From Malacoraja senta (taxonomy: Eukaryota), in NCBI GenBank assembly GCA_038087875.1, contig JAXLNO010000621.1, positions 1-64,000 of the forward strand: 64,000 bases of DNA. Direction: 5' to 3'. Positions 1 through 12,782 of this stretch are shown here, in pieces; the first letter of the stretch is position 1, and each line of letters starts with the position of its first letter. Below the pieces are notes generated by a model, which worked only from the letters and a program-made list of their open reading frames with translations, had not been told where the DNA came from and did no database searches. Both the position numbers and the translations under genes were made by a program.

Positions 1-123
1 GGAGGAAGGAGAGGAAGGAGAGGAAGGAGAGGAAGGAGAGGAAGGAGAGGAAGGAGAGGAAGGAGAGGAAGGAGAAGAAGAAGAAGAAGAAGAAGAAGAA
101 GAAGAAGAAGAAGAAGAAGAAGA
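1..123 (+). repeat. Purine microsatellite (GGAGAGGAA)n followed by (GAA)n
   Basis: Directly visible tandem repeats at the window start. Confidence 0.95.
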
Positions 124-149
124 CAACGACATTATACCTTTTGTTATGA

Positions 150-643
150 TTGTAAATGACGCCATAAAAGAAATGAAAATTATTTCTGAGCAGCAACCTC
201 GAGATCCTGGAGAGGTGAGGAGAGAGAGTGGGGAGGGGGGGGGTTGAGGAAGAGGAGGGGGTAGGGAGGGAAAGGGCAGAGGTGAGGAGAGAGATTGTGG
301 GGGATAGGGTGTGAGGAGCAGGGGAGGTGGAGGGATAGAGGGATATGAGGGAGGTAGGGAGCGGAGAGGAGTGGAGGGAGGGAGGGAGGGAGTGACTGTG
401 GGTAGGGGAAAGGAGACTGAGGGAGAGGTGAGGTGAGGGAAGGATTGGGGGAGGAGAGTAGAGGGGAAAGAAGAGGGAGGATGAAGAGGAGGGGGTGGGA
501 GTGCTGGGGGATGAGGGGAAATGAGCCGCGCCTGCGTAGTTGGGGGAACGGGTGAGTGATGGGATATTACGTTGGGGAACGGGTTGTGTTGGGGGACCAG
601 GCTTCCCGTGTGACAGGGACCCAACGGGTCCCACTTAGTCTAG
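150..643 (+). mobile_element. Non-autonomous Helitron-like element, 3' part
   Basis: Hairpin GGGACCC-AAC-GGGTCCC (616-632), then CTAG (640-643) and T. Same terminus as the copies at 17841, 50223 and 58506. Left boundary uncertain. Confidence 0.7.
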
Positions 644-1410
644 TAACAATGTAACATTCTATTGTAATGGGATCATTCTACCCTTGCGGAATCCCTTACT
701 TTGAGATTACTCATTAACCCCGTCTCATTACACACAGTGTGGTCTAAATTAGGTTATGTCTGGTTATTTCTGCGATGAATTGCTCCAGTAAACTGGATGA
801 AATGCTCTCAGTAAACTCACCTCCAGACATCCAGCCTATTGGATTTTTCCACTCTATTAAAAATGATAGACTCACATGATTTTTGTATTACCTTTGTACA
901 AGCTCCTTTTACTTGGGATTTAATATTGTGAGCAACAATATAGAAAGTCTTTAACCTTCATTTTGAATTGTTTTATGACTACTGAATTTTTCCACGCCAA
1001 TAGCGAAGGGCCGAATGGCCTACTCCTGCACCTATTTTCTATGTTTCTGATCATACCGATTCTACTTTGTTACTATTTATCTTACATTTTATTATCATGG
1101 CTAAACCTTTGCACCCAATTTCTACTTTCCGCCTGTTCTGTCCAAACGTCAATTGACTTGGAATATTCCTTCCTCAATCATGCCCACCAAATAATCATGT
1201 CTCCATAACTGCATTTTGGTCAGTACAAATGCGTCCTAATGAGCCCAGTTGTCTTTCATCGCGGCCAAATAAAAAGAGATCAGAAGCTAGATACGTCACC
1301 CCCAAATGTACAAATGTTAAAACCAATCATCATCATAATACATCAGACACCCCAATTGAGATCAGCCAACTGATCAGCAACTGCTACTAAACTTGGGCTA
1401 ATCAAGTTTA

Positions 1411-1702
1411 GGGCGGCACAGTGGCACCTGCGGTTGAGTTGCTGCCATACAGTGCCAGAGACTAGACATCAATCCTGACTACGGGTGCTGTTTGTATGGA
1501 GTTTGTATGTCCTCCCTGTGACCTAGTGGGTTTTCTCTGGGTGCTCCGGTTTCCAAAGAAGTACAGTTTTCTAGATTAATTGGCTTATGTAAAGATTGTA
1601 AATTGTCCCTAGTGTGTAGGATAGTGGTAGCGTAGAGGATCATTGGTCAGCACAGACTCGACGGACCTGTTTCCACGCTGATTCTCTAAATTAAACTAAA
1701 CT
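1411..1702 (+). mobile_element. tRNA-derived V-SINE (HE1-like)
   Basis: tRNA-like head, central GGAGTTTGTATGT..GGGTTTTCTCTGGGTGCTCCGGTTTCC domain, (TAAAC)n tail; many copies in the window. Confidence 0.8.
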
Positions 1703-2215
1703 TATCAGTATCACTCATCTACTCACCAACATGCCACGTCATAATGAATGTGCTGATCACAGTTTCAAATTACTAAGTTAATTATATATTGGATTTTTGT
1801 TTGACTTCAATGAACTCATGAAATAAATTACATCCAATGGATTATTTCAGCAATTTATGGAAATATCTATCAATTAATGTATAATGATCTTGTTAAACTA
1901 TGAATTTAAAATGAATTGATCACTTCCTGAGGTATAGTAATTGCAATAACTGGAAAAAATTATTAAGAAAGTATGCCAAGTATTTGATTATTGCATTTAT
2001 GGTACTTGTAATAATATAATTGTGTGAATACAATGCATAAGGATTGTCATGATAAAGTCAAATTGTTTATCAAAAGCTAATTTCCAAACTATACAAATCA
2101 TTCAGAAAGGTATAATACTTCATAGAAGTACATCATAATTTAAACAAATGCATTGGGCTGTGCTGTGATGAAAGAAGACTGTTTAATTGTTATATGTACT
2201 GAAACAGAACAATAA

Positions 2216-2261
2216 CAGCAGCAGCAGCAGCAGCGGCAGTGGCAACAGCAGCAGCAGCAGC
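2216..2261 (+). repeat. Imperfect (CAG)n microsatellite
   Basis: Directly visible. Confidence 0.85.
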
Positions 2262-3334
2262 CACCGTACTCAATACTCAATAGATAATATAATAAACAAA
2301 CTCAACAAAAATTCAAAAATAAAAGAAACTATACAGTGCAAAAACAAAATAAAGCCCGATGTCCCTAGTGCAATGAAGATAGTTCATAATTTGAAGTTTA
2401 GTTGGAGTTTGTAGTGTTCGACTGTGGCTATGGGGAAGCAGCTGTTCCTGAACATCGCATTACATCGCATTACATTTTTCAGACTCCTATACCTTCTTCC
2501 CAATGGCAGGAGAATAAGGTAATAAGGTAAAACAGTTATTGTAATATTTTTCAAGGAGGCTGAAGACCAAATTTCTGTAATGATGATTAGGATGAGCAAG
2601 TTCCTAACAGGAAATTTGTTTGGAGCAAATTTGCATTAGGATCTTTTCAAAGATAAAATGTCATTTGATAGGATATTGTAATCACATTTTATTTAAGACC
2701 AGAGTTGAACATTGGTATAATCTTCATTTCTATGAGTTAACCTGTTCTTATAATTTGTTTTATAATATTCATTATTTAAAATCAAAACGTGGTTAGTATT
2801 TGAGACCAGTCAGGATTTAAATTAGGGTTAAATGATGCCAGTCTGTGGAAAGTTCATTCTCCTGACAGATACATTTTGCTTTTTTCCCCATAAATACTAA
2901 CTGATTCACTGACTGTTTTCAGCTTTCATTTCTATTTTTCCTGAGCTGCATTGTTCTGGTTTTATACCAAGGAGAAATGACTGGCATACAAATAGATCTT
3001 TCCTTGCATCTGAAAATGAGTTCATGACTTTTCCAAATCACAGCCTTTAAGAATCTCACCACGTGGCTTTTCAGACGCCCTCCTCGGGGGAGGTGCCACA
3101 ATAATATGAAAGCAAACAACACCTGCAGTAATATATTCAGGATACAAGGTATCACTGCTGAGGCTCTCCATCACGGTCCATTCACAGTAACTAAACCATG
3201 TTCAATTTATGTTCTGGGAATGGCATTAAAAGTCCATCCTCTCCAAACTCAGAGGTTCTTGCTTTGTTGGAAAGGGGTCAGCATGAATTTTGAGTACTCT
3301 TTGCAACAAATGTCAGAACCTTTTAGAGATTGGA

Positions 3335-3622
3335 CTTTAGAGATACAGTGTGGAAACAAGCCCTTCGGCCCACCGAGTCAGCAATCACCCCATACACGAG
3401 GACTATTCTGCACACTAGGGACAATTTACAACTTACAGAAGCCAATTAACCTACAAACCTGTATGTCTTTGGAGTGTGGGAAGAACCCGGACCCCCTGGA
3501 GAAAACCCACAAGGTCACAGGGAGAAGGTGCAAACTCCAAACAGTCAGCACCCGTAGTCAGGATTGAACCCGGGTCTCTGGTGCTGTAAGGCAGCAACTC
3601 CACCGCTGCGCCACTGTGCCAC
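3335..3622 (-). mobile_element. tRNA-derived V-SINE (HE1-like)
   Basis: Reverse complement of the SINE consensus seen at 9337-9622; B-box-like GGTTCAATCC on the minus strand. Confidence 0.85.
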
Positions 3623-3789
3623 CCGATGGCATTGATGGAGGGTGAACCTTACATGGGGGCCTGATGGTGCAAAGAAATGGATTAAACACATGCTGGTTAC
3701 AAATGAGTGCGTGGTTTTTAAAAACAGGGACTGGGAAAGTCATAGTGAGATAGGATTTGTACATCGTTCTTCAGTGCAACATGTTGTTA

Positions 3790-4435
3790 ATATGACACCC
3801 TCAGTCTGCAGAGACCTGCAGGATCTCCTGGTTGCTAACCATTTAAACTCCTCTACCCATTCCCATACTGACCTTTCTGTCCTGTGCCTCGTCCGTTGCC
3901 AGAGTGAGGCCACATGCAAACTAGAGGAACAGCACCTATTATTCCGTTTGGGTAGCTTTCAAGCCAAATGTATGAACATTGAATTCTCCAATTTTAGGTA
4001 ACTACGTGACCCTCCCCCTCTCCTCTCCCCATATATCCTCCCCTTCCCTTCTCTCCCCCTGCTTCCCTGTGCCCCACCTGGACTCACACCTATCCCCCCC
4101 CCCACCTATATTCCTTCCTCTAGCTTCACAATTCACTCTTCAACCCCCTTCTGTCTCACACCTTCTGTCTTTTAATGTCTGGCCTTTGCTTAACCATCTC
4201 AAATGCCTCTCAAATAACCCTCCTCATCTTTGTCAGCCTATTACCTGCCAGGGTTTGTCCTGCCCCTCCTCTCTTCCAGCTTTCTCTTCTCCCTTCCCCC
4301 CAATCTATCGAAAGAAGGGTTCTGACAACAAACATCACCTATCCATTTTCTCCAGAGATGTTGCCAGATCTATTGAGTTATTCCTGCACTTTGTGTCTTT
4401 TTAAACCAGCATCTGCAGTTCCTTGTTTCTACTGG
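3790..4435 (+). mobile_element. Degenerate Penelope-like element, 3' end (GIY-YIG C-terminus + pLTR)
   Basis: ORF 3642..4001 ends ANHLNSSTHSHTDLSVL...KLEEQHLLFRLGS, matching the GIY-YIG C-terminus at 7275-7601. Followed by a C/T-rich tract and a pLTR tail. Confidence 0.8.
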
Positions 4436-4705
4436 AATTAAACAAAGTTCTGTTTGTTCTGTTACTTACTCCAATGGTAATGGTGGTTGCAGTCCAGAAC
4501 AAAGATGTAGTTTTTTGGCTCATGGCAGTGAGCACACCAAGTTGTCGATGCCACCAGCCTTGATGTGGTGATTCACAGGCCACCGTACCAATGAGCAGGT
4601 TAAAGACTCAGCAGTGTCAGTGTAATTTAGTTTTAATTTTAGTTTAGGTTTATTATTTTCACGTGTACGAGTTACAGTGAAAAGCTTTTGTTTGCATGCT
4701 ATCCA

Positions 4706-5012
4706 GGTGGCGTAGCGGTAGTGCTACTGCCTTACAGCGCCAGAGACCCAGGTTCGATCCTGACTATGGGTGCTTGCCTGTACGGAGTTTGTATGTTCTC
4801 CCCATGACCTGCGTGGGTTTTCTCTCAAATCTTTGGTTTCCTCCAACACGCCAAAGACATCCAAGTTTATAGGTTAATTGGCTTGGTATGAATGTAAAAC
4901 AATTGTCTCTAGTGTGGGTAGGGTAGTGATAATGTGCGGGGGTCGCTGGTCAGTGCAATCTCAGAGCCGAAGGGCCTGTTTTAATGCTGTATCTCTAAAC
5001 TAAACTAAACTA
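4706..5012 (+). mobile_element. tRNA-derived V-SINE (HE1-like)
   Basis: GGTGGCGTAGCGGT A-box, GGTTCGATCC B-box, V-domain, (TAAAC)n tail. Confidence 0.85.
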
Positions 5013-5303
5013 TACATGATTGCAACCAAGACATCCACAGTTTACAGATAAGAGTTGAGTCAAGAGGGTTTTATTGTCATATGTCCTGAAACAGAACGAT
5101 GAAATTTTTACTTGCAACAGCACAACAGATATGTAAACATAGTACTCTGTGAACACCCTTGTAAACAGCAAAAAAGTTATTTCTCTATCTATTTATGTAT
5201 TCATTCATCTGTTCATGTATTTGTTTATTTGTCTATTTATTTGTTTATCTCTCTATCTGTTTATCTATCTACCTATTTATTCATTTCTTTCTTTATTTAT
5301 TTG

Positions 5304-6988
5304 GGCCACACAGTAACTCAGTGGTAGAGTTGCAGCTTTACAACGCCAGAGATCTAGGTTCGATCCTGGCCACGGGAGCTGCCTGTCGGAGTTTGTACAT
5401 TCTCCCTGTGACCATGTGGTTTTTCTCAGGGTGCTCTGGTTTCCTCCCACATTCTAAAGGTAAATTGGTTTCTGTAAACTGTCCCTGGTGGTTTTTAGGT
5501 AAATTGGTTTCTGTAAACTGTCCCTGGTGCATAGGATTGAATTAATGTGGTGATCGCTGGTTGGCATGGACTTGGTGGGCTGAAACATAGAAACATAGAA
5601 ATTAGGTGCAGGAGTAGGCCATTCGGCCCTTCGAGCCTGCACCGCCATTCAATATGATCATGGCTGATCATCCAACTCAGTATCCCGTACCTGCCTTCTC
5701 TCCATACCCTCTGATCCCTTTAGCCACAAGGGCCACATCTAGCTCCCTCTTAAATATAGCCAATGAACTGGCCTCGACTACCCTCTGTGGCAGAGAGTTC
5801 CAGAGATTCACCACTCTCTGTGTGAAAAAAGTTCTTCTCATCTCAGTTTTAAAGGATTTCCCCCTTATCCTTAAGCTGTGACCCCTTGTCCTGGACTTCC
5901 CCAACATCGGGAGCAATCTTCCTGCATCTAGCCTGTCCAACCCCTTAAGAATTTTGTAAGTTTCTATAAGATCCCCTCTCAATCTCCTAAATTCTAGAGA
6001 GTATAAACCAAGTCTATCCAGTCTTTCTTCATAAGACAGTCCTGACATCCCAGGAATCAGTCTGGTGAACCTTCTCTGCACTCCCTCTATGGCAATAATG
6101 TCCTTCCTCAGATTTGGAGACCAAAACTGTACGCAATACTCCAGGTGTGGTCTCACCAAGACCCTGTACAACTGCAGTAGAACCTCCCTGCTCCTATACT
6201 CAAATCCTTTTGCTATGAAAGCTAACATACCATTCGCTTTCTTCACTGCCTGCTGCACCTGCATGCCTACTTTCAATGACTGGTGTACCATGACACCCAG
6301 GTCTCGCTGCATCTCCCCTTTTCCTAGTCGGCCACCATTTAGAAAATAGTCTGCTTTCCTGTTTTTGCCACCAAAATGGATAACCTCACATTTATCCACA
6401 TTATACTGCATCTGCCAAACATTTGCCCACTCACCCAGCCTATCCAAGTCACCTTGCAGTCTCCTAGCATCCTCCTCACAGCTAACACTGCCCCCCAGCT
6501 TAGTGTCATCCGCAAACTTGGAGATATTGCCTTCAATTCCCTCATCCAGGTCATTAATATATATTGTAAATAGCTGGGGTCCCAGCACTGAGCCTTGCGG
6601 TACCCCACTGGTCACTGCCTGCCATTGTGAAAAGGACCCGTTTACTCCTACTCTTTGCTTCCTGTTTGCCAGCCAGTTCTCTATCCACATCAATACTGAA
6701 CCCCCAATGCCATGTGCTTTAAGTTTGTATACTAATCTCTTATGTGGGACCTTGTCGAAAGCCTTCTGGAAGTCCAGATACACCACATCCACTGGTTCTC
6801 CCCTATCCACGCTACTAGTTACATCCTCGAAAAATTCTATAAGATTCGTCAGACATGATTTACCTTTCGTAAATCCATGCTGACTTTGTCCAATGATTTC
6901 ACCACTTTCCAAATGTGCTGCTATCCCATCTTTAATAACTGACTCTAGGGAGTCAGTTAAGGGACTGTTTCCATTATCTCTAAACTAT
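5304..6988 (+). mobile_element. V-SINE split by a CR1 insertion (SINE parts 5304-5583 and 6961-6988)
   Basis: The SINE 3' motif GGGCTGAA|GGGACTGTTTCC is interrupted by CR1. Internal 33-bp duplication at 5458-5490/5497-5529. Confidence 0.8.
5584..6946 (-). mobile_element. CR1 LINE, 5'-truncated (RT domain, open ORF 5677-6912)
   Basis: QHGF, YLDFQKAFDKV, GVPQGSVLGP and KFADD motifs; CR1 3' UTR with (TTTCTATG)n tail. Confidence 0.95.
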
Positions 6989-7069
6989 AGACTCCTGTAG
7001 ATCCCTTAGATGGTGGGGCAGATAAAGGGTAAACCATTTAGTGAAATATAAAGTAAAAAGTATAGATAG

Positions 7070-8492
7070 GAGGTACACAAAAATGCTGGAGAAACTCAGC
7101 GGGTGCAGCAGCATCTATGGAGCGAAGGAAACAGGCAACGTTTCGGGCCGAAACCCTTCTTCAGACTGATAGGGGCTGGGGAGAAGAAAGGAAAAAAGGC
7201 GGAGGAGGAGCCCGAGGGCTGGGGGAGGGGAGGAGACAATCAGAGGGCTGATGAAGGGGAGGGGACAGCAAGGGCTAGCAGAATTGGGAGAATTCAATGT
7301 TCAAGCCCCCAGGATGTAGACTGCCCAAGCGGAATATGAGGTGCAATTCCTCCAATTTCCGGTGTTGCTCGCTGTGGCCATGGAGGAGACCCAGGACAGA
7401 GAGGTCAGATACAGAATGGGAGGGGGAGTTGAAGTGCTGAGCCACCGGGAGGTCAGGTTGGTTATTGCGGACCGACCGGAGGTGTTCGGCGAAACGATCG
7501 CCGAGCCTCCGCTTGGTCTCACCAATGTAGATCAGCTGGCATCTAGAGCAGCGGATGCAATAGATGAGGTTGGAGGAGATGCAGGTGAACCTCTGTCGCA
7601 CCTGGAACGACTGCTTAGGTCCTTGAATGGAGTCGAGGGGGGAGGTGAAGGGACAAGTGTTGCATCTCTTGCGATTGCAAGGGAAAGTACCCGGGGAGGG
7701 GGTGGTACGGGAGGGGAGGGAAGGGAAGAATTGACAAGGGAGTTACGGAGGGAGCGGTCTTTGCGGAAGGCAGACATGGGGGGAGATGGGAAGATGTGGC
7801 GAGTGGTGGGGTCACGTTGGAGGTGGCGAAACTGACGGAGGATCACTTGTTGTATGTGACGGCTGGTGGGGTGAAAGGTGAGGACTAGGGGGACTCTGCC
7901 CTTGTTGTGAGTGGGGGGATGGGGAGAGAGAGCAGTGTTGCGGGGTATGGCAGAGACCCTGGTGCGAGCCTCATCTATGGTGGAGGAGGGGAACCCCCCT
8001 TCCCTAAAAAATGAGGACATTTCGGATGCCCTGGTGTGGAACGCCTCATCCTGGGAGCAGATGCGGCGTAGACGGAGGAATTGGGAGTGGGGGATGGAGT
8101 CCTTACAGGAAGCAGGGTGGGAAGAAGTGTAGTCCAGATAGCCATGGGAGTCGGTAGGTTTGTAGTGGATGTTGGTAAGAAGTCTATCACCTGCGATGGA
8201 GATAGTGAGGTCAAGGAATGGTAGGGAAGTGTCGGAAATGGTCCAGGTGTATTTGAGTGCCGGATGGAAGTTGGTGGTGAAGCGGATGAAGTCAGTCAGT
8301 TGTGTGTGGGTGCAGGATGTGGCACCAAAACAGTCATCGATGTAGCGGAGGTAGAGGTCGGGGATGGGGCCCTGGTACGCATTGAACAAGGATTGTTCTA
8401 CGTACCCGACAAAGAGGCAGGCGTAGCTGGGGCCCATGCGTGTGCCCATAGCTACGCCTTGTATTTGGAGGAAATGGGAGGAGTCAAATGAG
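7070..8492 (-). mobile_element. Penelope-like element, 5'-truncated (RT C-terminus + GIY-YIG endonuclease + pLTR)
   Basis: RT motifs QIQGVAMGTRMGPSYA and RYIDD; GIY-YIG NLIYCIRC..YIGETKRRL. 12-bp TSD AAGTATAGATAG at 7058-7069 and 8493-8504. Frameshift between RT and EN. Confidence 0.95.
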
Positions 8493-9334
8493 AAGTATAG
8501 ATAGTTCAGAGGTCTCCCATGAGATAGATGGGAAGACAGAACCACTCTCTAGCTGATGAGAGGTCGGTTCAGTTGCCTAATAACAGCTGGGATGAAACTG
8601 ACCTTGAATTTTGAACCTATCTGGGTGCCTGTTTTGACATCTTCATAGTCATTTAACTTGATCATAAGGTCATAGGTGAAAGGAGCAGAATTGGGCCTTT
8701 TGGCCCATCAAGTCTACTCCGCCATTCAATCTTTCTATCTCTCCCTCCTAACCCCATTCTCCTGCCTTCTCCCCATAAGCCCTGACATCCGTTCAGTAAC
8801 ACCCGTTACTCAACGGATGAAATTGGTCAAGGGATCAAGCACATCAAGGGATGAACACCAGTGAGAAGCAATGATAGCTGTGAATGAGGTTAACTAAACA
8901 TCAGCCATGCTGATCGATTCTCTTATTTTGGGGATTGGATGGAGAAGCTATGGGGTTTTAAAATTGTAAAATTGTGTTATGGTGAGGCATTTTCAGTTGG
9001 ATGATGTGGGAAATAGGGAAGGTTAGAAACTTAGGAATTTTTGAAATATAAATCTTATGGAACATCCCTGGAGGAGTAATTTGTTTCTCTTTTCTCCTCA
9101 GCCTACAATTGCCTTTCCCTCACCAGCATTAAAACTGAGTGGAACAGCAGGAATAATTGGAGTGGAAAAGGATGCAACAATAAAACCACACTGCCTGTTG
9201 CCAAATTGATTAAAGCACTACTAATGATTTATCACTCAATTACGACGGAGATTTAGAAATTTACAGGAAATTATTTGGTGATGTTTTATTAAACAGCATG
9301 AATTTTATTTTAAAAGGAGAAACAAAATAACTGG

Positions 9335-9624
9335 GTGGCCACGGTGGTGCAGCGGTAGAGTTGCTGCCTTACAGTGCCGGAAACCCGGGTTCGATCCTGA
9401 CTACAGATGCTGTCTGTACGGAGTTTGTACGTTCTACCCGTGACCGCGTGGGTTTCCTCCGAGATCTTCGGTTTCCTCCCACACTCCAAAGACGTACAGG
9501 TATGTAGATTAATTGGCTTGGTGTATGTGTAGATTGTCTCTAGTGTGTGTAGGATAGTGTTAATGTGTGGTCGGTGCAGACTCGGTGGGTCGAAAGGCCT
9601 GTTTCCGCGCTATATATCTAAACT
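9335..9624 (+). mobile_element. tRNA-derived V-SINE (HE1-like)
   Basis: A/B boxes (GGTGGTGCAGCGGT, GGTTCGATCC), V-domain, GGCCTGTTTCC tail. Confidence 0.88.
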
Positions 9625-10441
9625 TGGATACCTGAAAACCACACAGAAATTATTCAGTGATTTGATGCTTTTTCAGCATGTTTCAAATAATTGTCTAATG
9701 TAACTTCCAGAAACCATCATTTCATTGTTATTAACAGCGTGAGTGGGATAACTTGTTAATTATTTTGTCACCTACATTGTCTTAAAATATGATGTGCAAT
9801 TCTAATTTATTTTGCATTGTGATGAATTATAAATGGCTTAGGCTGGTGTTCTGATTAGGCAATTCATGACTGATTTAATAAACCAAAGTTTTGTGTATTT
9901 TTGTGTATTCTTGTCGATGTCATGTTTTCATTGCAATTTAGAAAATGACACCCAATCCTAGCTACTTAATCTGGTATCATATTAGTTTTGAGTTTGATTT
10001 TTTAAAAATATCTCAACCTTTTAAAACTAAAAAATAAAGTTAATTGAGTGAGATTAAAAAAACACCATAAATTGAGGAACAAAGGGAAATTATAGTTTTG
10101 CGGTACTTTCTGCAATAGATTTGATTTAATGTGGATTTTTTGCATTGCCTGTTTTCTACAGTCATACATTATTGGCTTCTAATCTGTGCCTTTATTTATC
10201 ACTTGAGGAATAGAACTGCAGTTCCCAGTACGTGGAATCACTTTCACTTTACATGTAAAGTAAGAAATATATGTTTGACATAATGATGCAATTACCAGAG
10301 GTATTTCCTGAAGAAACCCCTGTTGGGGACAGGTGGCTTGACAGAAGAGATCTTCTCCATCCAAAAAGTGAAATGGACAAAGAATTAAAAATAAGAATCT
10401 GGAGTGTGAGGTAAGAGTTCACATAAATGCAAATAATTTCA

Positions 10442-10745
10442 GGTAGCACGGTGGCGCAGCGGTAGAGTTGCTGCCTTAAAGTGCCAGAGACCCCAGTTTG
10501 ATTCTGACTGCAGGTGCTGCCTATACAGAGTTTGTACATGCTCCCTGTGACCACGTGTGTTTTCTCCGGGTGCTCCAGTTTCCTCCCACACTCCAAAGAC
10601 GTACAGGATTGTAGGTTAATTGGCTTCGGTAAGTTGTACAATTGTCCCTAGTGTGTGTAGGTTAGTGTACGGGGTGATCGCTGGTCGGCGCGGACTTAGT
10701 AGGCCGAAGGGCCTGTTTCCGCACTGTATCTCTAAAGTCTAAAGT
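10442..10745 (+). mobile_element. tRNA-derived V-SINE (HE1-like)
   Basis: Same consensus as the other copies; (TCTAAAG)n tail. Confidence 0.88.
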
Positions 10746-11399
10746 TAATCAATCTGGAAAGCATAGCACGTAGGAAAAAGGTGGACACAGAATTGCTGAA
10801 ATCCCTGTGCAATTTTATTCCTGGTTGCAGAAGGATAACTATTTTGGTAATTAACAGTGAAGATATTTTTCTAAAATGCCATATGCAACTCCTGACTTTT
10901 TTTTAAAGATTGTGCGTGGGATCTTTTACATTACCAGTAGAGGGTCGCACTTTCAAAATACATCATATTGTTATATTGTGGCATATTGTTTCCAAACAAG
11001 GATTTCTGAGAAGCAAATTCCCTGATTATAATATTCCAAATTCTCAATTCAAGAACTGCTATTATATTTTAAAAATGTGCATGCTGTTTAGCTATTCAAC
11101 AAATCAGAGAATTAGAGTTCAGTTAGTCTAATAAATATTATGGGGGAAATTACAGATATCCAGAAGTTGGAACAACCGAAATATAAGAGCGTTGAACAAT
11201 ACAACACAGGAACATGCCCTTCAGAACAGCTTTGGCCCCACTGCTATCAGACAGTTGAACCAATCACCTCTTCCACACCCCTTTTCCCAAAGGTACTGCC
11301 ACACTAACTCTACCTAATTCTACCTGCTTAACTCTACCTAATTCAGATACAGTGAACCCTCATTTTAATGGACCTCTTTATTGCAGATTTCAATTAAAC

Positions 11400-12457
11400 A
11401 GGATAGACTTAGAAGTAGGAGTAGACCATTTGGCCCTTCGAGCCAGCACCGCCATTCAATATGATCATGGCTGATCTTCTAAAATCAGTACCTCATTCCT
11501 GCTTTTTCCCCATATCCCTTGAATCCATTAGCCCTGAGGTAAATCAAACTCTTTGAAAACATCCAGTGAATTGGCCTCCACTGCCTTCTGTGGCAGAGAA
11601 TTCCACAGATTCACAATTCTCTGGGTGAAAAAGTTTTTCCTCTTCTCAGTCCTAAATGGTCTATCCCTTATTCTTTTTTTTTAACTTATGTTTTTATTGA
11701 TTTTTCACAGAGATATATATAAAAACAGTGCAACACCATCAGCATAAATAAAATAATAGAAGCAACAACGAAAAAAAAAGATAAATAAATAGAAACCCCC
11801 CCCAAAAAACAAAAAATAAAGAAATAAAAAATTGTAATAAGACCGTGTGGTACGCTCACCAAATAAAAAATAAAAAAATTACATTGATTAGTTATCTGGA
11901 GATATTTCAATATTCGCACAAACATACCATCTAGTTCTATATAACACAATCTTCCCATTTCTAGCTCGGCATTTATCTAGTTGGTGTCATGACTCAAATA
12001 AACGGTCTATTTTTCCCAAATCTTCTCAAATGAATTCTCCTTGACTCTCCAGAAATATGTCAGTTTCTCCATAATAAAGATGTCTCGCACAATTTCTAGC
12101 CACTGTTCATGTTTTGGACTTTTTTCATTAAGCCACTGCCTGGTAATGGCCTTCTTACTTGCTACAAGCAAAACTTTAATCAAATATGTATCTTCTATCT
12201 TTACAATATCTTTAATGCGCCCCAGGTACATCACCGGGCAGGTATTTGGGATTTTATAACCAAAGATATTTTAAACAACTGTGTTAACAATTTCCCAGTA
12301 TGGCCTTTACACAGTTCCAGAAAATATGCGAGTGGTCTGCCTCCATACTCCCGCACAGCCTCCAACAGTGTTGTTGTACAGCAAGTTGTCTGCTTTTTAT
12401 TTTGGGTGTTATAACCCCTTATTCTTAAACTGGGACCCCTGGTTCTGGACTCTCTAC
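11400..12457 (-). mobile_element. CR1 3' fragment interrupted by an L1/Tx1 insertion
   Basis: CR1 3' UTR/ORF2 end at 11400-11675 resumes at 12416-12457. Confidence 0.8.
11676..12415 (-). mobile_element. L1/Tx1-clade LINE, 5'-truncated (ORF2 C-terminus + 3' UTR + poly-A)
   Basis: Minus-strand CWRLCGSMEADHSHIFWNC zinc knuckle and LLVASKKAITRQW...FIMEKLTY...IW. Poly-T on + strand. 11-bp TSD CCCTTATTCTT at 11665-11675 and 12416-12426. Confidence 0.85.
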
Positions 12458-12649
12458 TGTTGGCTGCCCATGCCACCTCTGTCTCTTACAGCCTCACCTG
12501 CGCTTACTGCCCTGGCTGCCCACACCACGCCCAGCTGCACTTGCCACTACCACCCCTTACCTTCACTCCGGCTGACCACAGATTGCAACCATTGACTCCA
12601 CTGATTCACGCCTCCCCCCCCCTCAGGATTCCAGGCCCACAGTTCTGGA

Positions 12650-12782
12650 ATGAGAGTCTGAAGAAGGGTCTCGACCTGAAACGTAACCTATCCATGTTCT
12701 CTAGAGATGCTGCCTGACCCGCTGAGATCATCACTCTGTGTCCATTTACTATTAACCAACAACTGCAGTTGCTTGTTTCTAC
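12650..12782 (+). mobile_element. Solo Penelope-type terminal repeat (pLTR)
   Basis: CTGAAGAAGGGTCTCGACCTGAAACG...GAGATGCTGCCTGACCCGCTGAG, matching the Penelope terminus at 7070-7170. Confidence 0.75.

Noticed and set aside
6065..6883. Antisense ORFs over CR1 (also 31182-31799, 32726-33535, 45504-45947)
   Set aside because: Shadow frames of CR1 ORF2, repeated in each copy.
9335..9420. tRNA gene candidates (A/B boxes) at SINE heads
   Set aside because: Each is followed by the V-domain and LINE-like tail; these are SINEs, not tRNA genes.
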